Shown here one piece after another: positions 30,193-42,452 of a DNA stretch of 64,000 nucleotides (the first letter of the stretch is position 1; each line of letters opens with the position of its first letter). The notes under the pieces are model-generated. The model saw only the letters and a program-made list of their open reading frames with translations, ran no database searches and was not told the origin of the DNA. The stretch comes from Bacteroidota bacterium (GTDB lineage: Bacteria > Bacteroidota > Ignavibacteria > Kapaibacteriales > Kapaibacteriaceae). The stretch is taken from positions 6,509 to 70,508 of the forward strand of contig JBEAYU010000072.1 in assembly GCA_041170435.1 (NCBI GenBank), given 5' to 3'. The translations under genes were made by a program, and so were the position numbers.

Positions 30193-31172
30193 AGACTCTA
30201 CTGGCCATTCTGCTCGACGTGGTTCTGGGCTGTGCCGTGACGTCCATGATCCTGCTGATCATCGTCCCCGAACTGACGGGTCTGTCTGTCGAGCCCCTTT
30301 GGATCATCGTGGCAACACTTGCCTGGGTTGCCGTCGGAACCCTGCGCGGAGCATCGATCGGACAGTTGGTTGTGAGTGCCAAGACGCATCGGCCCGAGCC
30401 AAGCAGCCTGCGCGCTCACATGGGCTGGATCGCCTTCTGTTCAAGCATCGTTGCCGGCTGGATCGTCACGGATATCTCCCCCATCGAGTTCTTCTCCGGC
30501 GAGGGCCTCAAAGGGGCTGGCCGGATCTTTGGCGCTCTCTTCACCCCCGAGTTCGATATCCTGGGAGCGGCTCTGGATGCGATGGTCGTGACGGTGTTCA
30601 CAGCTCTGATGGCCACGATCGTGGCCGTTCCGATGAGTTTCCTGCTCAGCTTCGCCGCCGCCCGCAACGTCATGACCGGCGGTGCCCACGAACGCGTCAT
30701 CTATGTTCTCCTGCGGGCCGTGCTGAACATCATGAGGTCCATGGAACCGATCATCTGGGCCATCATCTTCTCGGTCTGGGTCGGAATCGGCCCCTTTGCC
30801 GGTATGCTCGCACTGGTGGTTCATACCATCGCCTCGCTCACCAAACAATACAGCGAACAGATCGAAGACGTCGACCACGGGCCCCTTGAAGCAATTTCAG
30901 CTACCGGCGCCAAGCGCTTGCAAGTATTGTGGTTTGCGATTGTTCCGCAGTGTGTCATTCCCTTCCTGTCGTTCACGATCTATCGTTGGGACATCAACGT
31001 CCGTATGGCCACGATCATCGGCTTTGTCGGAGGGGGCGGCATCGGCACTCTGCTGACGCAGTATCAGGGACTTGCCAAGTACAACGAGGTTGGCACCTTG
31101 GTGATCATGATCACGCTGGTGGTATGGATTCTGGACGTGATCAGCGCGCGGGTGCGCGAGGCCCTGCGATGA
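30189..31172 (+). CDS. phnE: Phosphonate ABC transporter permease PhnE with N-terminal two-helix extension
   Basis: The ATG at 30189 overlaps the phnC stop (ATGA). The PhnE-like core contains ALDAMVVTVFTALMATIVAVPMSFL and EAISATGAKRLQVLWFAIVPQ. Confidence 0.8.
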   Translation: MKTLLAILLDVVLGCAVTSMILLIIVPELTGLSVEPLWIIVATLAWVAVGTLRGASIGQLVVSAKTHRPEPSSLRAHMGWIAFCSSIVAGWIVTDISPIEFFSGEGLKGAGRIFGALFTPEFDILGAALDAMVVTVFTALMATIVAVPMSFLLSFAAARNVMTGGAHERVIYVLLRAVLNIMRSMEPIIWAIIFSVWVGIGPFAGMLALVVHTIASLTKQYSEQIEDVDHGPLEAISATGAKRLQVLWFAIVPQCVIPFLSFTIYRWDINVRMATIIGFVGGGGIGTLLTQYQGLAKYNEVGTLVIMITLVVWILDVISARVREALR

Positions 31173-31199
31173 ACCATCGGTCGACGGAACGCTAACGCT

Positions 31200-32492
31200 A
31201 TGAGGCAGTCCTACCGCCTCGGAATGTTTGACCTCGTGATGTTGGTGATCAGCCTGGTCATCGGCATGGGCATCTTCCGAACGCCCGCCACGGTGGCGGC
31301 AAAGTCAGGTTCGGAAACGATCTTCTACCTCGCTTGGCTCGCCGGAGGCGTCATCGCTCTGTGCGGAGCGTTGACCTTCGCCGAGATCGGCCGCAGAATG
31401 CCGGTCACAGGCGCCTACTACAGAGTGTTTGCCAAGGCATATCATCCGCTGTTGGCCTTTGGCGTGAACATCATCATCGTGATATCCAACGCGGCATCAG
31501 CCGCGGGTGTCTCCATCATCGGAGCAGAGTACCTTGGACGTATCTGGCCTGAAGCGAACGTCGTTCTCATGGCGTGCACATTCGTTGCCGTGCTCTTTGG
31601 CGTGAATCTGATCGGACTGCGCACAAGCGTCACCATGCAGAACGTTCTGATCGGCATAAAGCTACTTCTACTGGCGGCGATCATCAGTGCCCCATTCCTG
31701 GCAGAGCCTGCCACCGCGGCAGTCCCGGCAGCGGCCAATGCGGTCAGTGACAACTGGTTGACGGCGTTGGGCGTTTCCCTGATTGCCGTTGCCTTCACCT
31801 ACGGGGGATATCAGCAGACCATCAACTTTGGCGGTGAATCGTCGGGATCCCACAACACACATGTCTCCCGCGCGATCATCGTGGGGGTGGCCTGCATTAC
31901 GGGCATCTACCTACTCGCCACGTGGTCCTATGTGCAGGTCCTCGGTTTCTCATCGCTCGCCGGCTCATCGGCCATCGCATCCCTTGTCATGGAACGTCTC
32001 CTGGGGCCAACAGGTGAACGCGTCGTCTCGATAGCGATGCTGATCTCCGTCTTCGGGTACGTCAACGTCTCGATGCTCTCCAATCCACGAGTGGTCGCTG
32101 CCATGGCCGAAGACGGCATGGTCTCGAAGCGGCTTGTGGGTCATGATCTGGCCAAGAGGCGTGGCGTGAACGTCATGACGCTGACGCTGTACACCGCGCT
32201 GGTGATGCTGTGTGTTTTCTTCGGCCGCTCGTTCGAAACGATCCTGAACTACACCATCTTTCTCGACTGTATCGGAATGGCCACGGCAGCAGGGGCACTT
32301 TTCCTGCTCGGCTCGACTCAGCCCCTTTCTCGGGGCATCGTCGCCACGGCCGTGGTGTTCATTGCTTCGTACCTCTTCATCGCCTCGAGTATCTATGCCG
32401 ATGACCCAATGGCTGCGCTCGCCGGATTGCTCTTGCTGGCCGCCGTGATCGGAATCAAGTTCTTGAGCGGTGTGCTTCGGTCGCGCACCTAA
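31200..32492 (+). CDS. APC-superfamily amino acid permease
   Basis: 430 aa and about 12 TM. The N-terminal GMGIFRTP motif is typical of APC transporters. Confidence 0.75.
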   Translation: MRQSYRLGMFDLVMLVISLVIGMGIFRTPATVAAKSGSETIFYLAWLAGGVIALCGALTFAEIGRRMPVTGAYYRVFAKAYHPLLAFGVNIIIVISNAASAAGVSIIGAEYLGRIWPEANVVLMACTFVAVLFGVNLIGLRTSVTMQNVLIGIKLLLLAAIISAPFLAEPATAAVPAAANAVSDNWLTALGVSLIAVAFTYGGYQQTINFGGESSGSHNTHVSRAIIVGVACITGIYLLATWSYVQVLGFSSLAGSSAIASLVMERLLGPTGERVVSIAMLISVFGYVNVSMLSNPRVVAAMAEDGMVSKRLVGHDLAKRRGVNVMTLTLYTALVMLCVFFGRSFETILNYTIFLDCIGMATAAGALFLLGSTQPLSRGIVATAVVFIASYLFIASSIYADDPMAALAGLLLLAAVIGIKFLSGVLRSRT

Positions 32493-32513
32493 CTGACCGC
32501 CGTGCGGTGCGCG

Positions 32514-34712
32514 ATGCCGTACCTATCTTCGCTCATGAACGTCAGCACACCGATTGGTACACTTGTGATGGCACTGCTGTGCCTCTTCGTCGCATCTCCG
32601 GCGCAAAAGCGAGCCTACGTTCCGGCATACATTCGGGACACGTCCACTGTCGAAGGGCGACAGTTCAGCTGGGACAAGACCGCGCAAAGCGCGAACTTCT
32701 TCATGATATGGGGCGACTCTGTCGGCACCGATCCGTCGAAGTTCACCGCCGAGGATCTGCGATTCGATCCTAAGCAGGTGCTCGATACCATGGAGTACAT
32801 CTATGCCCGGTGCAATGAGATGGGCATGATCAACCGCTCGCCCGACTCCAAGGCCAACCTCTACAAGTACGTCATCGTGATGTACAACACCTACCGCGGC
32901 AACGGCCCCACCGGATGGGCCAATGGCTGGGCAGTGGATGATTCGATCGGCGCTTTCTGGGTGCATCCGTCGGCCACGCGCGACGGAGGTGTGATCGCCC
33001 ACGAATTCACCCATTCTCTGCAGGCGATGTTTCACATCGACAACCAGAACTCGGCGCGTGGCTCCAAGGCCATCTATGAGAACGATGGCCTTTTCTATGA
33101 GACGCATGCCAACTTCGTCCGCAATGTGATCTATCCGCAAGCCGTGACGTCGGACATCGATGCGCACCATTACCTCATGCTCGAGCCCGACTGGAAATTC
33201 AACTACGAAGGGTACCACTTCCTTCTCTACGTGCATTCGACACTTGGCCTGGATATGGTGAGCCGGCTTTGGACCGAGTGGCGACCTTTGGAGTATCCGC
33301 TGCAGACGCTGCGCCGCCTCAATGGAATGACGCAAGCCGACTTCAACGACTACATGTTCGACTATGCACGCAGGGCCGCTTCGTGGAACTATCCAGAAAA
33401 TGACTGGGGCCGGTACCTGCGGGAGTCGAGACGTCTGCGAATGAATGCCGATTGGGGGCGCATCTGGGCGCAGCGCACCTTTGATGTTCTCCGCGCGATC
33501 GATACGTCGGCTCGACGGTTCTACTCCGCCCCCTACAATGCACCTCAAGACTACGGCTACAACATCGTGCCACTGTATCCGGATGATCCCACCAAGCCAG
33601 TCGTGGTGGACTTCGTTGGGCATACAGAGGTAAATGACCATGCCGGATGGCGGTATGGCTTCGTGACCGAAAAGGCTGACGGCACGCCCGGACGCGTTGG
33701 ACAGATGTATCGCGATGATCGTCGGCGCATTGAGCTGACGCTGAACCCCGACGAACAGGGGCTCTTTCTGGTCGTGCTCGGTGCACCGACTGACAGCATG
33801 CACGCCGATCCTGAGGTACACAACACGTGGAATGGAAACCCCAAACGATTCCATTATCCGTACGAGATCAGGCTCATAAACGCCATGCCCGAGGGTCATC
33901 AGCGGCCCGACCTCGTGCGTCCTCAGCTTCGCACAGCACCGGGTAAGCGGCACATCAATGGAGGGGGCTGGGTGGACGATCGTGCGTTGGTGGAAGCGAG
34001 CGTTTATGTTGGCCCAAGGGCCATGGTCCTTGGCACATCGAAGATCACCGGCACGGCGCGTATCGACGGCTGCGCGTTTGTTGAAAACGCCACCATCAGT
34101 GGGGCCGCACAAGTTCTGGATAATGCCGTTGTCAGAGCAGGAACGATGCGAGATTCGGCGATCGTGCGCGATCAGTGCATTGCCGAGAACAACACACTTG
34201 GTGGCAGGGCTCTGCTCGGTGGCTGTTCGATCGTGCAGAACTACAAGCTAGCCGGTGATATTAAGATCGACGGCGACCTGGTGGTGTACAACGACCAGGG
34301 AGAGTGTAACACCGGCGAGTACCACGTGCTGACGCAGTACTATCGAAATGAGCTCCTGCCATGCGGCCAACGCGATGCACTGCATCCGGAGAACATCTCC
34401 GTCAACCGCCCCATTCGATTCGATCTCGTCAGCGTTGAGCACGATCCAATGGTGGCCAGCGAGATTTCGCTACACCCCCATCCGGTGACCGGCGATGCAG
34501 TCGAGATTCGCATCCCGGCAGGGGGCGATGGCAGTTCAAGAGTTGAGTTTGTGGACCTTTTCGGACGTAAAGTTCTTGCGTACGATGCCTTCGGTCCAGC
34601 TGCAGCAGCTCTTCAGATTGACGTCACGAACCTGCCCCCAGGATGGTATACCATGCGCCTGATGTCACGCTCAGGCACTTGTTATGCACAACGATCTATG
34701 TTGAGGCAATAG
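32514..34712 (+). CDS. Secreted zincin-like protein (HEXXH) with a beta-helix repeat region and a T9SS C-terminal sorting domain
   Basis: Signal peptide (IGTLVMALLCLFVASPAQ) and HEFTHSLQ. A hexapeptide-like run follows: GTSKITGTARIDGCAFVENATISGAAQVLDNAVVRAGTMRDSAIV. The C-terminal roughly 80 aa (VEFVDLFGRKVL...LPPGWYTMRLMS) have the T9SS type A CTD pattern. Confidence 0.7.
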   Translation: MPYLSSLMNVSTPIGTLVMALLCLFVASPAQKRAYVPAYIRDTSTVEGRQFSWDKTAQSANFFMIWGDSVGTDPSKFTAEDLRFDPKQVLDTMEYIYARCNEMGMINRSPDSKANLYKYVIVMYNTYRGNGPTGWANGWAVDDSIGAFWVHPSATRDGGVIAHEFTHSLQAMFHIDNQNSARGSKAIYENDGLFYETHANFVRNVIYPQAVTSDIDAHHYLMLEPDWKFNYEGYHFLLYVHSTLGLDMVSRLWTEWRPLEYPLQTLRRLNGMTQADFNDYMFDYARRAASWNYPENDWGRYLRESRRLRMNADWGRIWAQRTFDVLRAIDTSARRFYSAPYNAPQDYGYNIVPLYPDDPTKPVVVDFVGHTEVNDHAGWRYGFVTEKADGTPGRVGQMYRDDRRRIELTLNPDEQGLFLVVLGAPTDSMHADPEVHNTWNGNPKRFHYPYEIRLINAMPEGHQRPDLVRPQLRTAPGKRHINGGGWVDDRALVEASVYVGPRAMVLGTSKITGTARIDGCAFVENATISGAAQVLDNAVVRAGTMRDSAIVRDQCIAENNTLGGRALLGGCSIVQNYKLAGDIKIDGDLVVYNDQGECNTGEYHVLTQYYRNELLPCGQRDALHPENISVNRPIRFDLVSVEHDPMVASEISLHPHPVTGDAVEIRIPAGGDGSSRVEFVDLFGRKVLAYDAFGPAAAALQIDVTNLPPGWYTMRLMSRSGTCYAQRSMLRQ

Positions 34713-34750
34713 GCGACCAACGGCGTCGGGCGAGCGTGTAAATTCGCCCC

Positions 34751-35029
34751 ATGGCACGGATACATCAGACCATTGAATCCTCCAAGTCAGCCTTGGAGAT
34801 GCGCTTGCTGATCGACAGCAAGGTGCTCAACCGACCCGAAGTGGCCCTCCTTCTTTCCGAGCACCGGTGGGAAGGGAACGTTCTCCATGCTCGCGGTAGG
34901 ATGGGGCACGGAACGATCACGTTGGCAGACAATCTCGTGACGGTCGACATCGAGCTGAGCATGTTCGGTGCCGCCGCCAAGGGGGCGATCGAACAGACGC
35001 TGACCGAAAAGATCAAGATGCTGAAATAG
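34751..35029 (+). CDS. Polyhydroxyalkanoic-acid-system family small protein (TIGR02610-like)
   Basis: 92 aa. W.GN.LH..G....GTITL.DN.VTVDIEL....AA.KG.IE..L...I matches the family pattern from memory. Confidence 0.5.
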   Translation: MARIHQTIESSKSALEMRLLIDSKVLNRPEVALLLSEHRWEGNVLHARGRMGHGTITLADNLVTVDIELSMFGAAAKGAIEQTLTEKIKMLK

Positions 35030-35030
35030 G

Positions 35031-35080
35031 GCTCACTGTCACCTGTCACCTGTCACCTGTCACCTGTCACCTGTCACCTG
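35031..35080. repeat. Tandem heptanucleotide repeat (TGTCACC)x6 filling the intergenic leader of dnaE
   Basis: Six perfect copies at 35037-35078, preceded by the degenerate gctcac and followed by tg. The dnaE ATG is at 35082. Confidence 0.95.
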
Positions 35081-35081
35081 A

Positions 35082-38531
<3,450 letters not shown>

Positions 38532-38545
38532 TCTCTCAGCACCCG

Positions 38546-39805
38546 ATGCTTCCAGTACAGTCAGCCATCGGCATCATTGTGATCATGCTCATCGCCGTTG
38601 CGTGGTCCTCGGGGCGTCGGCACATCCCGTGGCGCACGGTTCTGTGGGGTCTGCTCCTACAAGTTGCCCTGTGCCTTCTGGTCATCGTCTTCCCCCCGGG
38701 AGTCGAAGCATTTCGTCGGCTTGGGGATGGCATCACGTGGTTTCTGGGATTTGCCACCGAAGGTGCCTCGTTTCTCTTCGGCGACCTTCCCCTGCCCAAG
38801 GGCCAAGCCGTGGTCGGCTTTCAGTTTGCGCTGACCATCACATCAGTGATCGTATTCTTCTCGTCCTTCATGGCGATCCTGTATCACTATGGCATCATGC
38901 AGCGGATCGTGCGTTTCACGGCCGGTCTGCTGCAGCGCACCATGCGCACCTCCCCTATCGAGTCGATCAATGCCGTTGGCGAGATCTTCCTCGGACAGAC
39001 CGAATCACCACTTCTGGTTCGGCACTATATCCCGCACATCACCGCATCGGAGTTGTTTGCGATGATGGTCGGCGGTTTTGCGACCATCGCCGGTTCGACC
39101 ATGGGTGTGTACATCGCTCGTGGCATCTCGGCCACGGATCTGATGATCGCCTCCATCCTTGCTGCCCCGGCGGCCTTGGTCCTTGCCAAGGTGGCTGAGC
39201 CACAAGCCCCGGTGGCGGATGAGGACGCCCCCTCCCATGCAGCGAGTGTTGACCTCGATCCGGTGATCGGAGCGGGTAATGTGCTGGATGCCATCGCCCG
39301 CGGAGCACTCGACGGGGCCAAGCTTGCACTGAACGTGATCGTGGTCCTGATCGCCTTCAAGGCCCTCGTGGCTGCGTTCGATGCGATGATGGGGATCGGG
39401 GCAACCTCACTGATGTCGTGGGGACTTCCCTGGGCGCCGCGGTCGATCGAAGAACTGCTTGGCGTGCTCTTTCTGCCGTTTGCCTGGTTGGCGGGCATTC
39501 CGGCACAGGAGGCGCAGACATTTGCTTCGCTGCTCGGCACCAAGATCTCACTGACAGAGTTCATCGCCTACGACCGGCTTGCAGACCTTGTTGCGCAGGG
39601 GGCTCTCAGTGAACGCACCGTCCGTTTGGCCACGATCGCGCTGTGCGGCTTCGCGAACGTGATGTCCATCGGCATCCAGATCGGCGGTTACGGCATGATG
39701 GCGCCCGGCAGGCGCGCCGATGTTGCGCGCTTTGGCTTCAAGGCCATGTGCATTGGTGCCCTGGCAAACCTCCTGACGGCCTGCCTGGTGGGACTCTTTA
39801 TCTAG
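38546..39805 (+). CDS. NupC/NupG-family (CNT) nucleoside transporter
   Basis: The ATG at 38546 gives MLPVQSAIGIIVIMLIAVAWSS.RRHIPWRTVLWGLLLQ. GEIFLGQTESPLL and GFATIAGS are CNT-family motifs. Confidence 0.85.
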   Translation: MLPVQSAIGIIVIMLIAVAWSSGRRHIPWRTVLWGLLLQVALCLLVIVFPPGVEAFRRLGDGITWFLGFATEGASFLFGDLPLPKGQAVVGFQFALTITSVIVFFSSFMAILYHYGIMQRIVRFTAGLLQRTMRTSPIESINAVGEIFLGQTESPLLVRHYIPHITASELFAMMVGGFATIAGSTMGVYIARGISATDLMIASILAAPAALVLAKVAEPQAPVADEDAPSHAASVDLDPVIGAGNVLDAIARGALDGAKLALNVIVVLIAFKALVAAFDAMMGIGATSLMSWGLPWAPRSIEELLGVLFLPFAWLAGIPAQEAQTFASLLGTKISLTEFIAYDRLADLVAQGALSERTVRLATIALCGFANVMSIGIQIGGYGMMAPGRRADVARFGFKAMCIGALANLLTACLVGLFI

Positions 39806-39813
39806 CTCTTCGT

Positions 39814-40275
39814 CTAGTTCGCAGAGAGATCAACGTCGTCCTCTCCGAGCAACAGATCGACATCGGACTCGGTAATGATCCACCCTGACGGGCTTGCGGT
39901 ATTGCGCCTCACGAGGGCATCGACCAGACCATCAACATCGCTCTGCGGCAAAGCCGCCGTGCGAGTGTTTGCCACCACCGTGTCGGCCAACTCAGTTGTG
40001 GAACGCTCACCTGCACCAAAGGAGATGAACAGCACCACGGCCGCCGTTGTCATGCTCAGCGCAAAGGCCATGGGCGCCAGCCGACGTTTGGTTGACGCAA
40101 CGGAGGACTCGCTCAGCTGACGATGTACGCGCATGCTCATCTGTGATGTGGCTGTCTCGACCGACGCATCCCGACGCGATTTGTGCGCAGAAAGCAGAGA
40201 CAGGACGGTTTCTGACTCCATACCGTCGTTGGAGAGCTGCTCGCGCAATTCACTTTGTGTCTCATTCGGCGTCAT
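39814..40275 (-). CDS. Putative anti-sigma factor (single TM)
   Basis: The ATG at 40275 (MTPNETQSEL...) overlaps the upstream ECF sigma stop by 14 nt. One TM helix is present (LAPMAFALSMTTAAVVLFISF). The longer 294-aa ORF start lies inside the sigma gene. Confidence 0.5.
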   Translation of the reverse strand: MTPNETQSELREQLSNDGMESETVLSLLSAHKSRRDASVETATSQMSMRVHRQLSESSVASTKRRLAPMAFALSMTTAAVVLFISFGAGERSTTELADTVVANTRTAALPQSDVDGLVDALVRRNTASPSGWIITESDVDLLLGEDDVDLSAN

Positions 40276-40906
40276 GTCTGGCACTCCAGTGAGCATAATA
40301 CTCTGATTGCTGTAGTTGTTCGGCGATCTTCTTGACCGCCCAATGATAGTTAGCCTTGAGAGCCCCCTGACTGGTTCCGGTGATTGCGCTGATCTGCTCG
40401 TACGACAACTCATCATAGAACCGCAAGCAGAAGGTCTCGCGTTGTTTCGGCGGTAGCTTCGCGAGCACACGCTGCATGTATGCATCAAAATCTCGCCCCT
40501 CTGCGTGCTCGCTTGGAAGGGGGCTCGCCGATGCCACGTCGATCTCGTGCTCTTCGTTGCCAATTCCGAAGAGGCTCTTGATTCGGCGACGGCGAAACTC
40601 ACTCCGGCACTGGTTGATGGTGATCCGATAAAGCCAGGTCTGTAGTGAACTCTGCTGTTCGAAGCCATCGATGAAGCGAGCTGCGCGAAGCAAGACATCC
40701 TGCGTGATGTCTTGGGCGTCTTCGACGTGATTCATCTGTCGTAGTGCCACCGAGTAAACAAAGCGCTGGTACCGCCGCACCAAGGTCGTAATCGCGCGAT
40801 CCCTTTGGCCGGCTCTCAGCGCAGCAAGGATCTCGTCGTCACCATCCTGGACATCGGTCATGGCTATCGTCGCACGTTGAAACATCGGGAACCTGTTACT
40901 CTGCAT
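40262..40906 (-). CDS. RNA polymerase ECF-type sigma-70 factor
   Basis: DAQDITQDVLLRAARFIDGFEQQSSLQTWLYRITINQC (region 2) and RFYDELSYEQISAITGTSQGALKANYHWAVKKI (region 4). Confidence 0.9.
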   Translation of the reverse strand: MQSNRFPMFQRATIAMTDVQDGDDEILAALRAGQRDRAITTLVRRYQRFVYSVALRQMNHVEDAQDITQDVLLRAARFIDGFEQQSSLQTWLYRITINQCRSEFRRRRIKSLFGIGNEEHEIDVASASPLPSEHAEGRDFDAYMQRVLAKLPPKQRETFCLRFYDELSYEQISAITGTSQGALKANYHWAVKKIAEQLQQSEYYAHWSARHDAE

Positions 40907-40976
40907 CTATGGACTGCACATCAGATGCTACAGACGCCCTGCACCCTTCAAAGGTTTAACGGCCTGTAGCCGGGGT

Positions 40977-42341
40977 TTAGACCACGGCGCGCATCCAGCG
41001 ACCCCGCTGCAGGACAATGATGGCGATGGTGCAAAAGATCCCATAGCCTGCAACGATGCCTATCCAGATACCTGTCGGACCCATCGCAGCCTGATGCGAC
41101 AGCACGTAGCACAGTGGCAGCTGAATGCCAACCAACGTACCTGCTGTGATGGTCATGGCCAGCATCGACGAGCCGGCACCGGAGATCACGCGCACGGCCA
41201 CGAGCCCCACGGCAAAGAAGGCGTATCCAAAGACCGTGATGTGCAGGTACTGCGTGGCAGCTTCGATGGTTGCACTCGAGTGCGTGTATGCCGAGACAAA
41301 CTCACGACCCAGGATCCAGACGACCACAGCCAATGAGACCATCAACACCGTCAGCTGAAGCGCAGCGCTTCGGAAGAACTCCCAGACGCGATTCGGTTTG
41401 CCCGCGCCGAGGTTCTGTCCGGCTGCGGTCTGCACGGCAATGCCCACGGCAAACACCGTCATGAACACCATCATGTCAACGTTCAGTCCAAGCGTATAGG
41501 CAGCCGTTGCGCTCGTACCAAACGCCCCGACCATCGAGAAGATGAAGGCGCGATTGACGCTCACTGACAGCATCTGCAAGGATGCCGGAAGCCCCTGCTT
41601 GATCACCCTCAGGAGCAGATCGCCATCAAGTCTGAACTGCGTGAAATCAAATCGAAGGTTTGTCTTTCCCTTTGCGATGGCCACCAGCGAGATCATTGTT
41701 CCGCTGATCTGCGATAGAGCTGTGGCCAAGCCCGCCCCTTGCATGCCCATCATGGGAAATGGCCCGATACCAAAGATCAGGAAGGGGGCGATCAATGCGT
41801 TGAGGATCACGGTAGTGATCAGCACAGTGGTGGGAAACATCGCATTCCCACTGGAGCGTGACAACGAGAAGATGTGGAAGTTCAGAAGGTTGAACGTGAA
41901 ACCGATCAGCAACGTCTGCAGATACTCTATTCCATACGTGGCCACTTCCGGTGGCATGCGCATCAGCTCAGGGATCATCGGCACGAATGCATACACGATC
42001 ACATTTGCGGTGCCAGCCATGATGGCCATGCCGACAAGCGACTGTGTTGCCGTGCGTTGAGCACCGTGCGAGTCGCCCTCTCCAAAGCGGCGAGCGACAA
42101 TGATCCCGGCACCAACGGCGATTCCGCTGACGAGCGTGAAGAGAAAGAAAACGATCTGATCCGTCGATCCGATCGCTGCCGTTGCGGCATCGCCAAGTCT
42201 CGAGACATAGTATCGATCGACCAGCGAGTAGAGCATGTTGATGATGAAGCTCAGCGCGATCGGTATCGAGAACAGCCGCAACGCACGACCGACGGGATCA
42301 TTGATCAGATCGACTCTGCGTCTGACAAAGTTTGAGTTCAC
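40977..42341 (-). CDS. MATE family efflux transporter
   Basis: 454 aa, 12 TM, GTG start. The N-terminal LFSIPIALSFIINMLYSLVDRYYVSRLG pattern is typical of MATE/NorM. Confidence 0.85.
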   Translation of the reverse strand: MNSNFVRRRVDLINDPVGRALRLFSIPIALSFIINMLYSLVDRYYVSRLGDAATAAIGSTDQIVFFLFTLVSGIAVGAGIIVARRFGEGDSHGAQRTATQSLVGMAIMAGTANVIVYAFVPMIPELMRMPPEVATYGIEYLQTLLIGFTFNLLNFHIFSLSRSSGNAMFPTTVLITTVILNALIAPFLIFGIGPFPMMGMQGAGLATALSQISGTMISLVAIAKGKTNLRFDFTQFRLDGDLLLRVIKQGLPASLQMLSVSVNRAFIFSMVGAFGTSATAAYTLGLNVDMMVFMTVFAVGIAVQTAAGQNLGAGKPNRVWEFFRSAALQLTVLMVSLAVVVWILGREFVSAYTHSSATIEAATQYLHITVFGYAFFAVGLVAVRVISGAGSSMLAMTITAGTLVGIQLPLCYVLSHQAAMGPTGIWIGIVAGYGIFCTIAIIVLQRGRWMRAVV

Positions 42342-42427
42342 AGAGCTCCTTGGGTCGCACCCGCCGCCGTCAGCATGGCAGAGGTGTCGATGAACATTTC
42401 GTAATGAAGTGCAAAGCTACGACGAGG

Positions 42428-42434
42428 TAATTTG
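42428..42434 (+). promoter_or_regulatory. Candidate -7 box (TAATTTG) upstream of the GT2 gene
   Basis: ggTAATTTGg lies 18 nt before ATG 42453 and matches TAnnTTTG. This is the reason the TTG start at 42432 was not chosen. Confidence 0.3.
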
Positions 42435-42452
42435 GCAGACTGCATTGCGACA

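Noticed and set aside
32523-34112. 529-aa ORF antisense to the T9SS zincin-like gene
   Set aside because: It lies entirely inside, and antisense to, a gene with a signal peptide, HEXXH and a T9SS CTD. Its translation is Arg/Gly/His/Val-rich low-complexity sequence with no motif. Long stop-free antisense frames are expected in GC-rich coding DNA.
35031-35080. Possibility that the tandem repeats are a CRISPR array
   Set aside because: The units are 7 nt and contiguous, with no spacers, and no cas genes are in the window. This is a microsatellite-type repeat, not a CRISPR.
40276-40698. Upstream part of the 294-aa minus-strand ORF (39814-40698)
   Set aside because: It overlaps the ECF sigma factor gene in another frame and is Ser/Arg-rich. 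The plausible anti-sigma protein starts at ATG 40275.
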